The notes below the pieces were generated by a model. The model was not told where the DNA came from. It did no database searches and worked only from the letters and a program-made list of their open reading frames with translations. Shown one piece after another: positions 56,056-64,000 of a stretch of 64,000 nt of DNA. Positions within the stretch are counted from its first letter, which is position 1. Every line of letters starts with the position of its first letter. The stretch lies in IMG/VR virus record IMGVR_UViG_3300036546_000172, positions 1 through 64,000 of that record; one strand, 5' to 3'. Source of the stretch: a virus. Lineage: Duplodnaviria; Caudoviricetes. Made by a program: the position numbers and the translations under genes.

Positions 56056-56586
56056 ATGGCTTCTGGTATTTCTGATTTTCTAGCTGCGCTTCAAGGTGGT
56101 GGAGCTCGACCAAACCGGTTTGAAGTTCTGGTTGAGTTTCCAGCCTTTGCTGCCACTCAAGAAGCTATTCGTCAAACAGCGTTCCTTTGTCAATCAACAC
56201 AGCTGCCTGGTTCTAACCTAGGCACCATGGAAGTTGGCTTCCGTGGTCGTCAGTTGAAACTAGCCGGTGATCGCACATTCGAAGATTTGGATCTGACGTT
56301 CTACAACGACACAGATTTCGCTCTTCGTGATGCGTTTGAAGCTTGGCAGAATGCTATCAACCAATACAACTCTAACATCGGTCTTCCTAGTCCATCTGAG
56401 TATTTGTCCACTGTGACATTGTATCAGCTGGATAACCAGGATAACCGTATCAAAGAGTACGTGTTGAAGCTGGCATGGCCTACGGTTGTAGCTCCTATTG
56501 AAGTCGCGCAAGATTCCAACGACCAAATAGAGACCTTCGCGGTAACCATGGCATACTCTGACATCAGCAATGGTGTAAGCACTTAA
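56056..56586 (+). CDS. gp19: Tail tube protein
   Basis: GGARPNRF, AGDRTF, NDTDF. Confidence 0.95.
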   Translation: MASGISDFLAALQGGGARPNRFEVLVEFPAFAATQEAIRQTAFLCQSTQLPGSNLGTMEVGFRGRQLKLAGDRTFEDLDLTFYNDTDFALRDAFEAWQNAINQYNSNIGLPSPSEYLSTVTLYQLDNQDNRIKEYVLKLAWPTVVAPIEVAQDSNDQIETFAVTMAYSDISNGVST

Positions 56587-56595
56587 TTATTGTGG

Positions 56596-56628
56596 TATAA
56601 ATAGCGGTGGATATCCACCGCTTATTTT
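56596..56628 (+). promoter_or_regulatory. Late promoter TATAAATA abutting a terminator-like hairpin
   Basis: TATAAATA 56596-56603; agcggtgga/tccaccgct then tatttt. Confidence 0.75.
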
Positions 56629-56642
56629 CATAAAGGTCTTTT

Positions 56643-58190
56643 ATGGCAGACGGATTATTTGGCAACTTTCTGAGTAAGTTTAAGCTCTCAGATGAGAAGC
56701 AGGAAGAGAGAGTTCATTCTAATCAAATTGCAACCGACTACGATGACGGTGCAATTGAGCTAGATGACTCGTTTTCTCAGTACCTGCTTAATATTGATTG
56801 GTCATACAACAGTCAAGCTGAACTCATTGAGACGTACCGTGAAGTAGCTAATTACAGCACCGTAGACTATGCTATTGAAGATATAGTCAACGAAATGGTA
56901 TCGTTCGCTGAACACGAAGATGCCATTGAGCTGGATCTGTCTGACCTGACTGAGGATCTTTCTGAAAATATCAGGAACAAAGTTCACGAGAAGTGGGAAA
57001 AGATTGTTGGACTGCTGGAGCTGAATAACACCATTCACAGACGTGCACGTCAATTTTATGTGGATGGTCGATTGTCTTATCAGAAGGTCATCGATCAGAA
57101 GAAGCCAACTGACGGTCTATTGGATGTAATAGAGCTCGATACTCGATACACCACCAAGGTTCGTCATAAGGAATATGATCGAGAGACTAAAACGATCAAG
57201 AATATCCAAGAATATTTTCTATACGATGAGAATATCACCACATCTCGTAATCAGGCTAAGAACAATCAACCTGGGCGTAATAACAACAAGCAATTCAAAG
57301 AAGCATTAAGAATTGATCCTAGAAGCCTGACTTATGTGACTTCTGGTATTACTGACCTGTCTACTGGCATGGCTATCAGTTGGCTTCATAAGGCTGTCAC
57401 GCCAGCCAATCAACTGCGTATGATGGAAAACGCATTGGTAATCTATCGGATCACCCGTGCACCTGAGCGTCGAATTTTCTACGTAGATACAGCTAATCTA
57501 CCTAAGACTAAAGCTGAGCAATACATCAGACATCTGAAGAACATGTACCGTAATAAGATGTCATTTGATCCTGAGACAGGTACGTTTAAGGATCGCAGAC
57601 ATCTTCAAACCATGCAGGAAGATTACTGGCTGCCTCGTAATTCCAACGGACGTGGAACTGAGGTGAGTACTCTGCCTGGGGGTGCGAATCTTAGTGATAT
57701 AGACGATGTTCTTTACTTCCAGAAACAACTGTTCAAAGCTCTGAACCTGCCAGTCACTCGGCTGGAGCCTGAGAACTCAATGATTGGCGGTCGTGGAGCT
57801 GAGATTTCACGCGATGAGTTGAAGTTCTCTAAATTTGTATCAAAGATTCGTAAGCGTTTCAATCTAGCACTTCTGGATCTGCTCAAGACTGAACTGATCT
57901 TGACCAAGGTGATGACCGTTCAGGAATGGGACGAGATCTCGTCAAGGATTGACTTCAGATATGCACAAGATATGCAGCTGGAAGAGATGCGAGCATCTGA
58001 GCTTAAGCGTGAGCGTTTGGATCTGTTGCAGATGTATGAACCTTACGTTGGTAAGTATGTATCTAATCGATACGTTCGTGAACAGATCTTGATGCAAACA
58101 GAACAAGATATCCAGGACATGGACGAACAAATCAAGGAAGAGAAAAACAATCCACAGTACCAAGCGCCTGAAGATGGCATGGGTCGATGA
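56643..58190 (+). CDS. gp20: Portal protein
   Basis: YVDGR, NQLRMME, RAPERRIFY, EDYWLPR, TLPGG, RDELKF. Confidence 0.97.
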   Translation: MADGLFGNFLSKFKLSDEKQEERVHSNQIATDYDDGAIELDDSFSQYLLNIDWSYNSQAELIETYREVANYSTVDYAIEDIVNEMVSFAEHEDAIELDLSDLTEDLSENIRNKVHEKWEKIVGLLELNNTIHRRARQFYVDGRLSYQKVIDQKKPTDGLLDVIELDTRYTTKVRHKEYDRETKTIKNIQEYFLYDENITTSRNQAKNNQPGRNNNKQFKEALRIDPRSLTYVTSGITDLSTGMAISWLHKAVTPANQLRMMENALVIYRITRAPERRIFYVDTANLPKTKAEQYIRHLKNMYRNKMSFDPETGTFKDRRHLQTMQEDYWLPRNSNGRGTEVSTLPGGANLSDIDDVLYFQKQLFKALNLPVTRLEPENSMIGGRGAEISRDELKFSKFVSKIRKRFNLALLDLLKTELILTKVMTVQEWDEISSRIDFRYAQDMQLEEMRASELKRERLDLLQMYEPYVGKYVSNRYVREQILMQTEQDIQDMDEQIKEEKNNPQYQAPEDGMGR

Positions 58191-58216
58191 TTTTTAACAC
58201 AGAAGAGGAAAAACCG

Positions 58217-58459
58217 ATGCAAGCTGCAAAGCAATTTATGAAACAGCTTCAGGAAGGTAACACTACTGAGGCAATCAAAACTATTAAAGAGTCTATTCAT
58301 CAGCGTTCAGTTGGTCTTATCGAAGAGCAACGCGTAGCTGTCCTTGAGTCTTATGGCTTCTCTGAAAAGAAAATGCAGGAAGAGGAAGACAAAGAAGAGA
58401 AGGACATGGACGATGAGGATGAGGAAGACGAAGAGAAAGAAGAAAGCGAGGACGAATAA
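58217..58459 (+). CDS. gp67: Prohead core protein (acidic tail)
   Basis: Position after portal; very acidic C-terminus; GAGG RBS. Confidence 0.75.
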   Translation: MQAAKQFMKQLQEGNTTEAIKTIKESIHQRSVGLIEEQRVAVLESYGFSEKKMQEEEDKEEKDMDDEDEEDEEKEESEDE

Positions 58460-58461
58460 TC

Positions 58462-58728
58462 ATGTCTGAGCAAATCGAAGAAGCGCGTCGAGTTGTTCGA
58501 GTCAATTCAAAAGGACAAAAGACTCGACGTATCAAGTGCCGCAAAGGTTTCAAGCTGTCGTCTAATGGCAAGACGTGTGTTCCAATTACTGGATCCGAAA
58601 AAGCCTCTAAGAGAAAGGCTACTAGAAAAGCGATTAGGTCCAAGAGGGCGGCTGGTTCCGGTGCAAAGAAACGAGCTACACGTAAGCGTCTGAAGGCGAT
58701 GCGCAAGAGAAAGAGCTATAACCTATGA
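58462..58728 (+). CDS. gp68: Prohead core protein (basic)
   Basis: Position; Arg/Lys-rich; early IEE/A. Confidence 0.75.
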   Translation: MSEQIEEARRVVRVNSKGQKTRRIKCRKGFKLSSNGKTCVPITGSEKASKRKATRKAIRSKRAAGSGAKKRATRKRLKAMRKRKSYNL

Positions 58729-59357
58729 AAAACAAATATAACCTACTCATAGAAAGTTCAGATCAAGTTGAAGTTCTAACCGAACAAACAGACCAAGGCA
58801 AGAAGCTTTATATTGAAGGCGTCTTTGCCCAGGCTGAAGTCAAGAACGGTAACGGCCGAATCTATGAGCGTAAGGTCATGGAAGGTGCCATGGACAAGTA
58901 CATCACTGAGTATGTTGACCGTCGTCGTGCATTGGGTGAACTGAATCATCCTGACTACCCTATGGTTGATCCTGCTCATGCTTGTATTCGGATTACCGAG
59001 CTTAAATGGGACGGTAATGACGTATATGGTAAGGCTCTGGTGCTTGATACCCCTAAGGGGCAGATTGTCCGTGGTCTGCTTGAAGGTGGATTTAATATGG
59101 GTGTATCTACACGCGCTCTAGGATCACTGAAAGAGCGTAATGGCGTGAAATATGTTCAGGATGATCTCATGTTTACTGCTGTTGATTGTGTAGACAATCC
59201 CTCTGCACCTAAAGCCTATGTTAATGCTTTGACTGAGTGTCAGAAATGGACCATTAACGAATCTGGCATGTGGGTTCCTGCTCAGCCAGAAGAAGATATA
59301 GATCAAGAACTTTTTCTCGAAAAACTCGAACAATTTATAAAAGGATACAAGAGATGA
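58725..59357 (+). CDS. gp21: Prohead protease
   Basis: NGNGRIY, GELNHP, GVSTRALGS, DCVDNPSAP. Confidence 0.95.
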   Translation: MKNKYNLLIESSDQVEVLTEQTDQGKKLYIEGVFAQAEVKNGNGRIYERKVMEGAMDKYITEYVDRRRALGELNHPDYPMVDPAHACIRITELKWDGNDVYGKALVLDTPKGQIVRGLLEGGFNMGVSTRALGSLKERNGVKYVQDDLMFTAVDCVDNPSAPKAYVNALTECQKWTINESGMWVPAQPEEDIDQELFLEKLEQFIKGYKR

Positions 59358-59673
59358 AACAATTCAAAGAGTTTGTTAATGAAGTGATGGTTAACACAAC
59401 CAAAGCTCGCTCAGGAGCCAGTGAGGCTTTTAGAAGTATGAATAGTGATAGGATAGGTCAGCCTATATTAAATGTTAGAGGCAAAGAAGTTAATAACACT
59501 ATTGTCCTGTCTCCTTCATCCTTTGCACAAAAGCAAGGTAGAGGTTGGAGAATCACTTCTTATGAACTAGACGGTACTGTATCTACTGTTGAGATTTCTC
59601 AGGAAGAGCTTAGGTTGCTGAAGTAACACTGTCCGAGATACAACAATTCATAAAAGGATACAAGAGATGAAAC
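59329..59673 (+). repeat. 32-bp direct repeats (1 mismatch) flanking a one-gene cassette
   Basis: aacaatt(t/c)ataaaaggatacaagagatgaaac at 59329-59360 and 59642-59673. Confidence 0.9.
59354..59626 (+). CDS. Putative internal head protein (leader MKQFKEFVNE)
   Basis: ATGA overlap with gp21; leader sequence. Confidence 0.75.
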   Translation: MKQFKEFVNEVMVNTTKARSGASEAFRSMNSDRIGQPILNVRGKEVNNTIVLSPSSFAQKQGRGWRITSYELDGTVSTVEISQEELRLLK

Positions 59674-60500
59674 TGTTTAAAGAATTTCTAGGCGAAGCTG
59701 CACAGCCTGAATGGCGTGTATCTTTCAAGAAGCAAAAGATGAATGGTGTTGCAATCGACGAGAAGCCTGTTACTGTTAAGGCTCGTGATAGTCGAGAGGC
59801 TATTGTGAAAGCAGCTAAAAAGGTTGGTGTTAGTGATAAGTCTGCAGCTATGCAGCTCAAGACCAAGAATGTTGACAAGTTGGATGAATCACTGACTGAA
59901 GCCTTAAAGATTAAAATTGGTGATAAGGTTAAGAGTAAGAATACCTTTGCCTCTACCAATAACGTCAAGGGCGAAGTTGTAGATATCAAGACGGTAAAAT
60001 TTGCTTCGGGTGATCAGACTAGATATGTGGTAAAGGAACCAGACGGTTACAAGATAGAGTTGCGAGCTGATGACATCATCAAAGAAGGTCTGACTGAAGC
60101 CAAATATGAAGTTGAAGTTGAAGTCCGTGATGCCCGTGCGGCTAACGATCTAGCAAAAGATATGTTCCGTGGTTCGTATAAGAATGATGGATCAAACGTG
60201 TTCATCTTTAAGAATGAAGACGACTATGAAGATTTCAAATATGAGCTTGAAAATGCTGGATTAAAGCTCATGGAGCAAACTCAAGTAAATGAGGCTGTTT
60301 CTATTGATCCGGAGTTCATGAAGATGTCGAAGATGCTCAGCGATGTCAAGAACACATTCAAAGATGTGGCGCGCAAGGTTAAAGCTGACACTGATATCCC
60401 AGTCAGACAATACCAGTCAACGGTAGATAATATCGAAGATTCGATTGAGCGGCTCAGGAAGGAACTGGATAAAGCTCAAACTATCCTGAAGAAAGCTTAA
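59667..60500 (+). CDS. Putative internal head polyprotein (leader MKLFKEFLGE/A; internal LTE/A, LTE/A, VNE/A)
   Basis: Leader plus three internal gp21-type sites; lies between gp21 and gp22. Confidence 0.75.
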   Translation: MKLFKEFLGEAAQPEWRVSFKKQKMNGVAIDEKPVTVKARDSREAIVKAAKKVGVSDKSAAMQLKTKNVDKLDESLTEALKIKIGDKVKSKNTFASTNNVKGEVVDIKTVKFASGDQTRYVVKEPDGYKIELRADDIIKEGLTEAKYEVEVEVRDARAANDLAKDMFRGSYKNDGSNVFIFKNEDDYEDFKYELENAGLKLMEQTQVNEAVSIDPEFMKMSKMLSDVKNTFKDVARKVKADTDIPVRQYQSTVDNIEDSIERLRKELDKAQTILKKA

Positions 60501-60551
60501 CTATAGCATCTAATAAATACCATTAAGCCAATCAATTAAGAGGTTTAAACA

Positions 60552-61295
60552 ATGAACGAAGATCTGAAGAAAATCTTCGAAGGTATGGAGCTTACAGGAG
60601 ACTTCAAGAAGAAGTTTGAAGAAATCTACGAGGCTCGCATTACTGAAGAGAAGAAACAAATCGAGGAAGCTGCAGAGCAAGCCGCTGAAGAAAAGTACAG
60701 CGCTCTGGCTGAAGAGTATTCTCAGTACGTAGTCGCTGAAACTGAAGAGAAAATGGATGCTTATCTGAGTGAGGAAGTGATTCCCGCAGTTGAGCGTTAC
60801 ATGGATCATGTTGCTCAAGAGTTCGTTGCCGAGAACAAAATGGTGATTGAATCTGAAACCAAGGTAGAGCTGGCTGACAAGTTTCTGTCTGGTTTCTCTC
60901 AAATTGCTGAGCAGTATAACGTCACTGTACCGGAAGGTCAGGATGACGTGGTAGCTGATCTTAAAGGCAAGCTGGCTGAAGCCAACGATACTGTTGATCG
61001 TCTTCTGTCTAAGACTGAGCAGTTGAAAGAACAGGTAGAAGCTAATGCCATGTCTGACATCGTGGATGCTGTTGCATCTGGTATGACTGAGACTCAAAAG
61101 GAACGGTTCTTTGAGAGTTGTGCCAAGGTCAAGTTCCACAATGAAGGTCAGTATAAAGCTGCTGTCCAAGAACTATACGAGTCTTTCTCTCCTGAATCTG
61201 AAAAAGAGCAGATCACCGAGAGTAAGGACAAGGGCGTAAAAGAGAAGATCGTTGAAAGTGATTCCTGGCTTGACGGCCTGCTTTCAAAGGTTTAA
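60552..61295 (+). CDS. gp22: Prohead scaffold protein
   Basis: Acidic helical; MDAYL, EFVAENK; AATAAATA at 60512-60519. Confidence 0.9.
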   Translation: MNEDLKKIFEGMELTGDFKKKFEEIYEARITEEKKQIEEAAEQAAEEKYSALAEEYSQYVVAETEEKMDAYLSEEVIPAVERYMDHVAQEFVAENKMVIESETKVELADKFLSGFSQIAEQYNVTVPEGQDDVVADLKGKLAEANDTVDRLLSKTEQLKEQVEANAMSDIVDAVASGMTETQKERFFESCAKVKFHNEGQYKAAVQELYESFSPESEKEQITESKDKGVKEKIVESDSWLDGLLSKV

Positions 61296-61348
61296 CTGCT
61301 GAGTTAAATAAATAAAATCAAGCAATCCAATTAAGAGGTTCAATCACA

Positions 61349-62629
61349 ATGGATATGATTCAAGAAAAGATCAGTCAACTGATCGAATCTGATAAGTTTC
61401 CGAAAATCGGAGACGATTACAAGAAGTACGTAACTGAACGTGCTCTTGAAAATCAGATCAAGTACATGAAGAGCGTAAACGAGGCTTCTGCTGACGCTAC
61501 TACCGCCACTCCTGGTGTTGCTAATTGGGACCCGGTTCTAATTCGCATGGTTCGTCGTTCTATGCCTCAGCTGATGGCTTTCGACCTGGCCGGTGTTCAG
61601 CCGATGTCTGGTCCGACAGGTTCAGTGTTCGCCATGCGCGCGCGCTACACCAATCAGACTGGCGCTGAAGCTCTGTACAACGAAGCTAATTCAGGTTTCT
61701 CTGGTGCAGGCACTCAGGTCGGTGATACTTCTGGTTTCGCTGCTGATGCATTCGGTTCAGGTGATCCTGCAGCCGGCACTGCATACGGTACTGGTATGGA
61801 TCTGGCTACTGCTGAAGCCAAAGGTACTGAAAGTGGTACTCCTTGGGCAGAAATGAGCTTCAGCATCGAGCGCACCGACGTTAGTGCTAAGTCTCGTAAG
61901 CTGAAGGCCAGCTTCACCCGCGAACTGCAGCATGACCTGCGTCAGATTCACGGTCTGGATGCTGAGACTGAACTGGCTAACATCCTCTCTACTGAAATTG
62001 TAGCTGAGCAGGATCGCGAACTGCTGCGTACCATCAACGTCTCCGCTCAACTGGGTGCTCAAGACGCTGCTGTACCGGCTCTGTTTGACCTGGCTGCTGA
62101 CAGTGATGGTCGTTGGTTGGTTGAGAAGTTCAAAGGTCTGCTGTTCCAGATCGAACTGGAAGCGAACGAAGTAGCTAAGAGCACTCGTCGTGGTAAGGCT
62201 AACCGCATCATCTGTAGCTCTAACGTTGCATCTGCCCTGAACATGGCCGGTGTTCTGGACTACAATCCGCAGCTGGCTGCTAACCTGAACGTTGATGAAG
62301 CATCTACCACCTTCGCTGGTGTACTGATGGGTCGTTATCAAGTTCACGTTGACCCGTATGCTACCCGTGATTACATCACTGTTGGCTACAAGGGCGGCAA
62401 TGCCTGGGATGCTGGCGTATACTGGTGCCCATACGTACCGCTCGAGATGGTCCGTGCAGTTGGTGAGGATTCTTTCCAGCCACGCATCGGCTTCCAGACT
62501 CGCTATGGTGTAATTGCTAACCCATACAGCTCTACACTAGCTAACGGCGATGCCAAAGCTGGTAAGGGTCTGGGTCAAGGCGAGAACGATTATTTCAGAA
62601 AAATGGCTGTGGCAAACTTGACTGGCTGA
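61349..62629 (+). CDS. gp23: Major capsid protein
   Basis: DPVLI, GVQPMSGPTG, AKSRKLKA, HGLDAE, YWCPYVPL, FQPRIGFQTRYG. Confidence 0.98.
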   Translation: MDMIQEKISQLIESDKFPKIGDDYKKYVTERALENQIKYMKSVNEASADATTATPGVANWDPVLIRMVRRSMPQLMAFDLAGVQPMSGPTGSVFAMRARYTNQTGAEALYNEANSGFSGAGTQVGDTSGFAADAFGSGDPAAGTAYGTGMDLATAEAKGTESGTPWAEMSFSIERTDVSAKSRKLKASFTRELQHDLRQIHGLDAETELANILSTEIVAEQDRELLRTINVSAQLGAQDAAVPALFDLAADSDGRWLVEKFKGLLFQIELEANEVAKSTRRGKANRIICSSNVASALNMAGVLDYNPQLAANLNVDEASTTFAGVLMGRYQVHVDPYATRDYITVGYKGGNAWDAGVYWCPYVPLEMVRAVGEDSFQPRIGFQTRYGVIANPYSSTLANGDAKAGKGLGQGENDYFRKMAVANLTG

Positions 62630-62663
62630 TTGCTAGCTATTATAATAAAAACTATAAACGTTT

Positions 62664-62690
62664 AGAGGGGACATTGTCCCCTCTTTTTTT
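62664..62690 (+). terminator. Rho-independent terminator after gp23
   Basis: gaggggac...gtcccctc + T7. Confidence 0.85.
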
Positions 62691-62722
62691 AAGTTAGAGA
62701 ATCAATATTTTAGGAAGTTAAA

Positions 62723-63724
62723 ATGGGGATAGTATACGCATTACTGGATTTGTCTAGCCCGGGTAGATATGAAACACCTTATTTCACCTTACTATATAAA
62801 CCATATTATATAGGCAAGGGTTATAGCGAAACGAGAGCAAAGTCTCATTTTCACGAATCCATAACAAGATCTAAATCTAAAGGTAAGCGGTCCTATAAGC
62901 AAAACAAAATTATTGATCTTCATAATCGTGGAATAGACTATAGTTATATTGTTTGTGAATGTGAAGACGAAGATGATGCTTTTATCAAAGAAATGGAATT
63001 AATTGAACTGTTTGGAAGGTTTTCAAATGGTGGTATACTAACTAATGTGAATCCAGGGGGTTTGGTTGGGACAAGAAAAGGCTATATTCACTGCCACGAT
63101 AAGAATGGTATGATTGTATATGTAAAAAGTGATGATAAAAGAATAGAATTAGGTGAATTAAGTAGAACTTTATTTTATGAGCATTCAGTGATGTGCGTAG
63201 ATACTGAAGGTAAAATTTACAGAGTGGATAAACATAAATACAACCCTAATATCCATACAACGATGCATAATAGAAGGAAAAGATCAAAAAGCACGAGAAA
63301 GGCTATATCAGAAGCAAAATTAAAATACAAATTCACAGAAGAACACTTAAAAAATATAACAGAAGCTAATAGATTAACTTCAAAAAATGTACACACTGGC
63401 GCAAAGAGAAAAGATTCAACTAAAACAGCAATATCAAAATCTAGATTTGGTAGTAAATCAAAAGTTGCTAACACCTGGAGATTGACAGATCCAGGTGGAA
63501 GTGTTTTTGTTTATAAAGGTGGGATTGCTTTAGCAGAAGATTTGTTTGATATTAATGCAAATAGACTACTAAGATACGAAGGAGATAAAGTTCCTTATCC
63601 AGATTATACTGGACATAAGAGCCAAAGAATCTTTAATACAATCGGATGGATGCTAGAAAAGAATCCAGATGATGCAGAAATAACATTTGAATTTATATTT
63701 AAGAAGAAAAGGTTGGGGAGCTAA
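62723..63724 (+). mobile_element. Free-standing GIY-YIG homing endonuclease with NUMOD-like repeats
   Basis: IVYALLD...PYYIGKG, E.ELIELFGR...G.LTN; AT-rich. Confidence 0.85.
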
Positions 63725-63738
63725 TGCTCCCCTTTTTT
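63715..63738 (+). terminator. Rho-independent terminator
   Basis: ggggagc-taat-gctcccc + T6. Confidence 0.85.
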
Positions 63739-63773
63739 GTGTTTGTCATTTCAAACTTGGATCTGATCACACG

Positions 63774-64000
63774 CTACTCTCCAATACAACACATACCTTT
63801 AATCACATGATGCACTGATGCTATTGCTATGTTATCGAAGAACCTATGTTTACGATCCTGAGACATGGAGTCTAAAATGAACATGTGTCTTCTAGAATCT
63901 CCTACAAACCTCACCTTAAGACCTTCTACGCTGGTTTCTGCGCTTAACACGCGATCCTTAAGACCTGCGTGATTCTGAACAATCAATTTTGCTGCACGGT
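63774..64000 (-). CDS. Hypothetical protein, C-terminal part (frame open to the window edge)
   Basis: No in-frame stop between 63986 and 64000. Confidence 0.55.
   Translation of the reverse strand, partial: RAAKLIVQNHAGLKDRVLSAETSVEGLKVRFVGDSRRHMFILDSMSQDRKHRFFDNIAIASVHHVIKGMCCIGE

Noticed and set aside
6977-59626. N-terminal extensions in the ORF track (8188, 8832, 12972, 13341, 13585, 25236, 30188, 35521, 49129, 59270)
   Set aside because: They overlap upstream genes; downstream starts have RBSs and family-typical N-termini
60510-62347. Long antisense ORFs (60510..61169, 61757..62347; also 40791..41315, 51365..51853, 2009..2500)
   Set aside because: Shadows of strongly biased sense genes, with no RBS or motifs

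Overview
A 64-kb piece of a lytic T4-like (T4-superfamily) myovirus, probably infecting a Gram-negative gammaproteobacterium (inferred from PagL, Acb2, sigma70 promoters and prophage-type tailspikes). From left to right: tail-appendage and tailspike genes (-); ligase and td (+); gp2 and a gp54-26-51-29 hub block; a leftward nucleotide-metabolism and replication block (glutaredoxin, Acb2, RNR, RuvC-like, ClpP-like, T5 A1-like, primase, topoisomerase II, exonuclease, PhoH, dCMP deaminase); and a rightward morphogenesis block (gp4, 48, 53, 27, 5, 25, 6, 7, tailspike, 8, VrlC-like, PagL, endolysin, 13-20, 67, 68, 21, 22, 23). There are three free-standing homing endonucleases and many TATAAATA-type late promoters. 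The main signals missed by the ORF track are: (1) a modular capsid-cargo system of six genes with T4-type capsid-targeting leaders, including a repeat-flanked cassette and an apparent gp21-cleavable polyprotein; (2) a ~470-nt multi-stem non-coding element plus a probable late small RNA upstream of the exonuclease; (3) a likely -1 programmed frameshift joining gp26 to gp51 before the tape measure gene; (4) two GC-rich tailspike cassettes, each trailed by a decayed foreign endolysin gene, suggesting capture from prophages. All protein calls come from motif recognition and gene order; no searches or folding programs were run.
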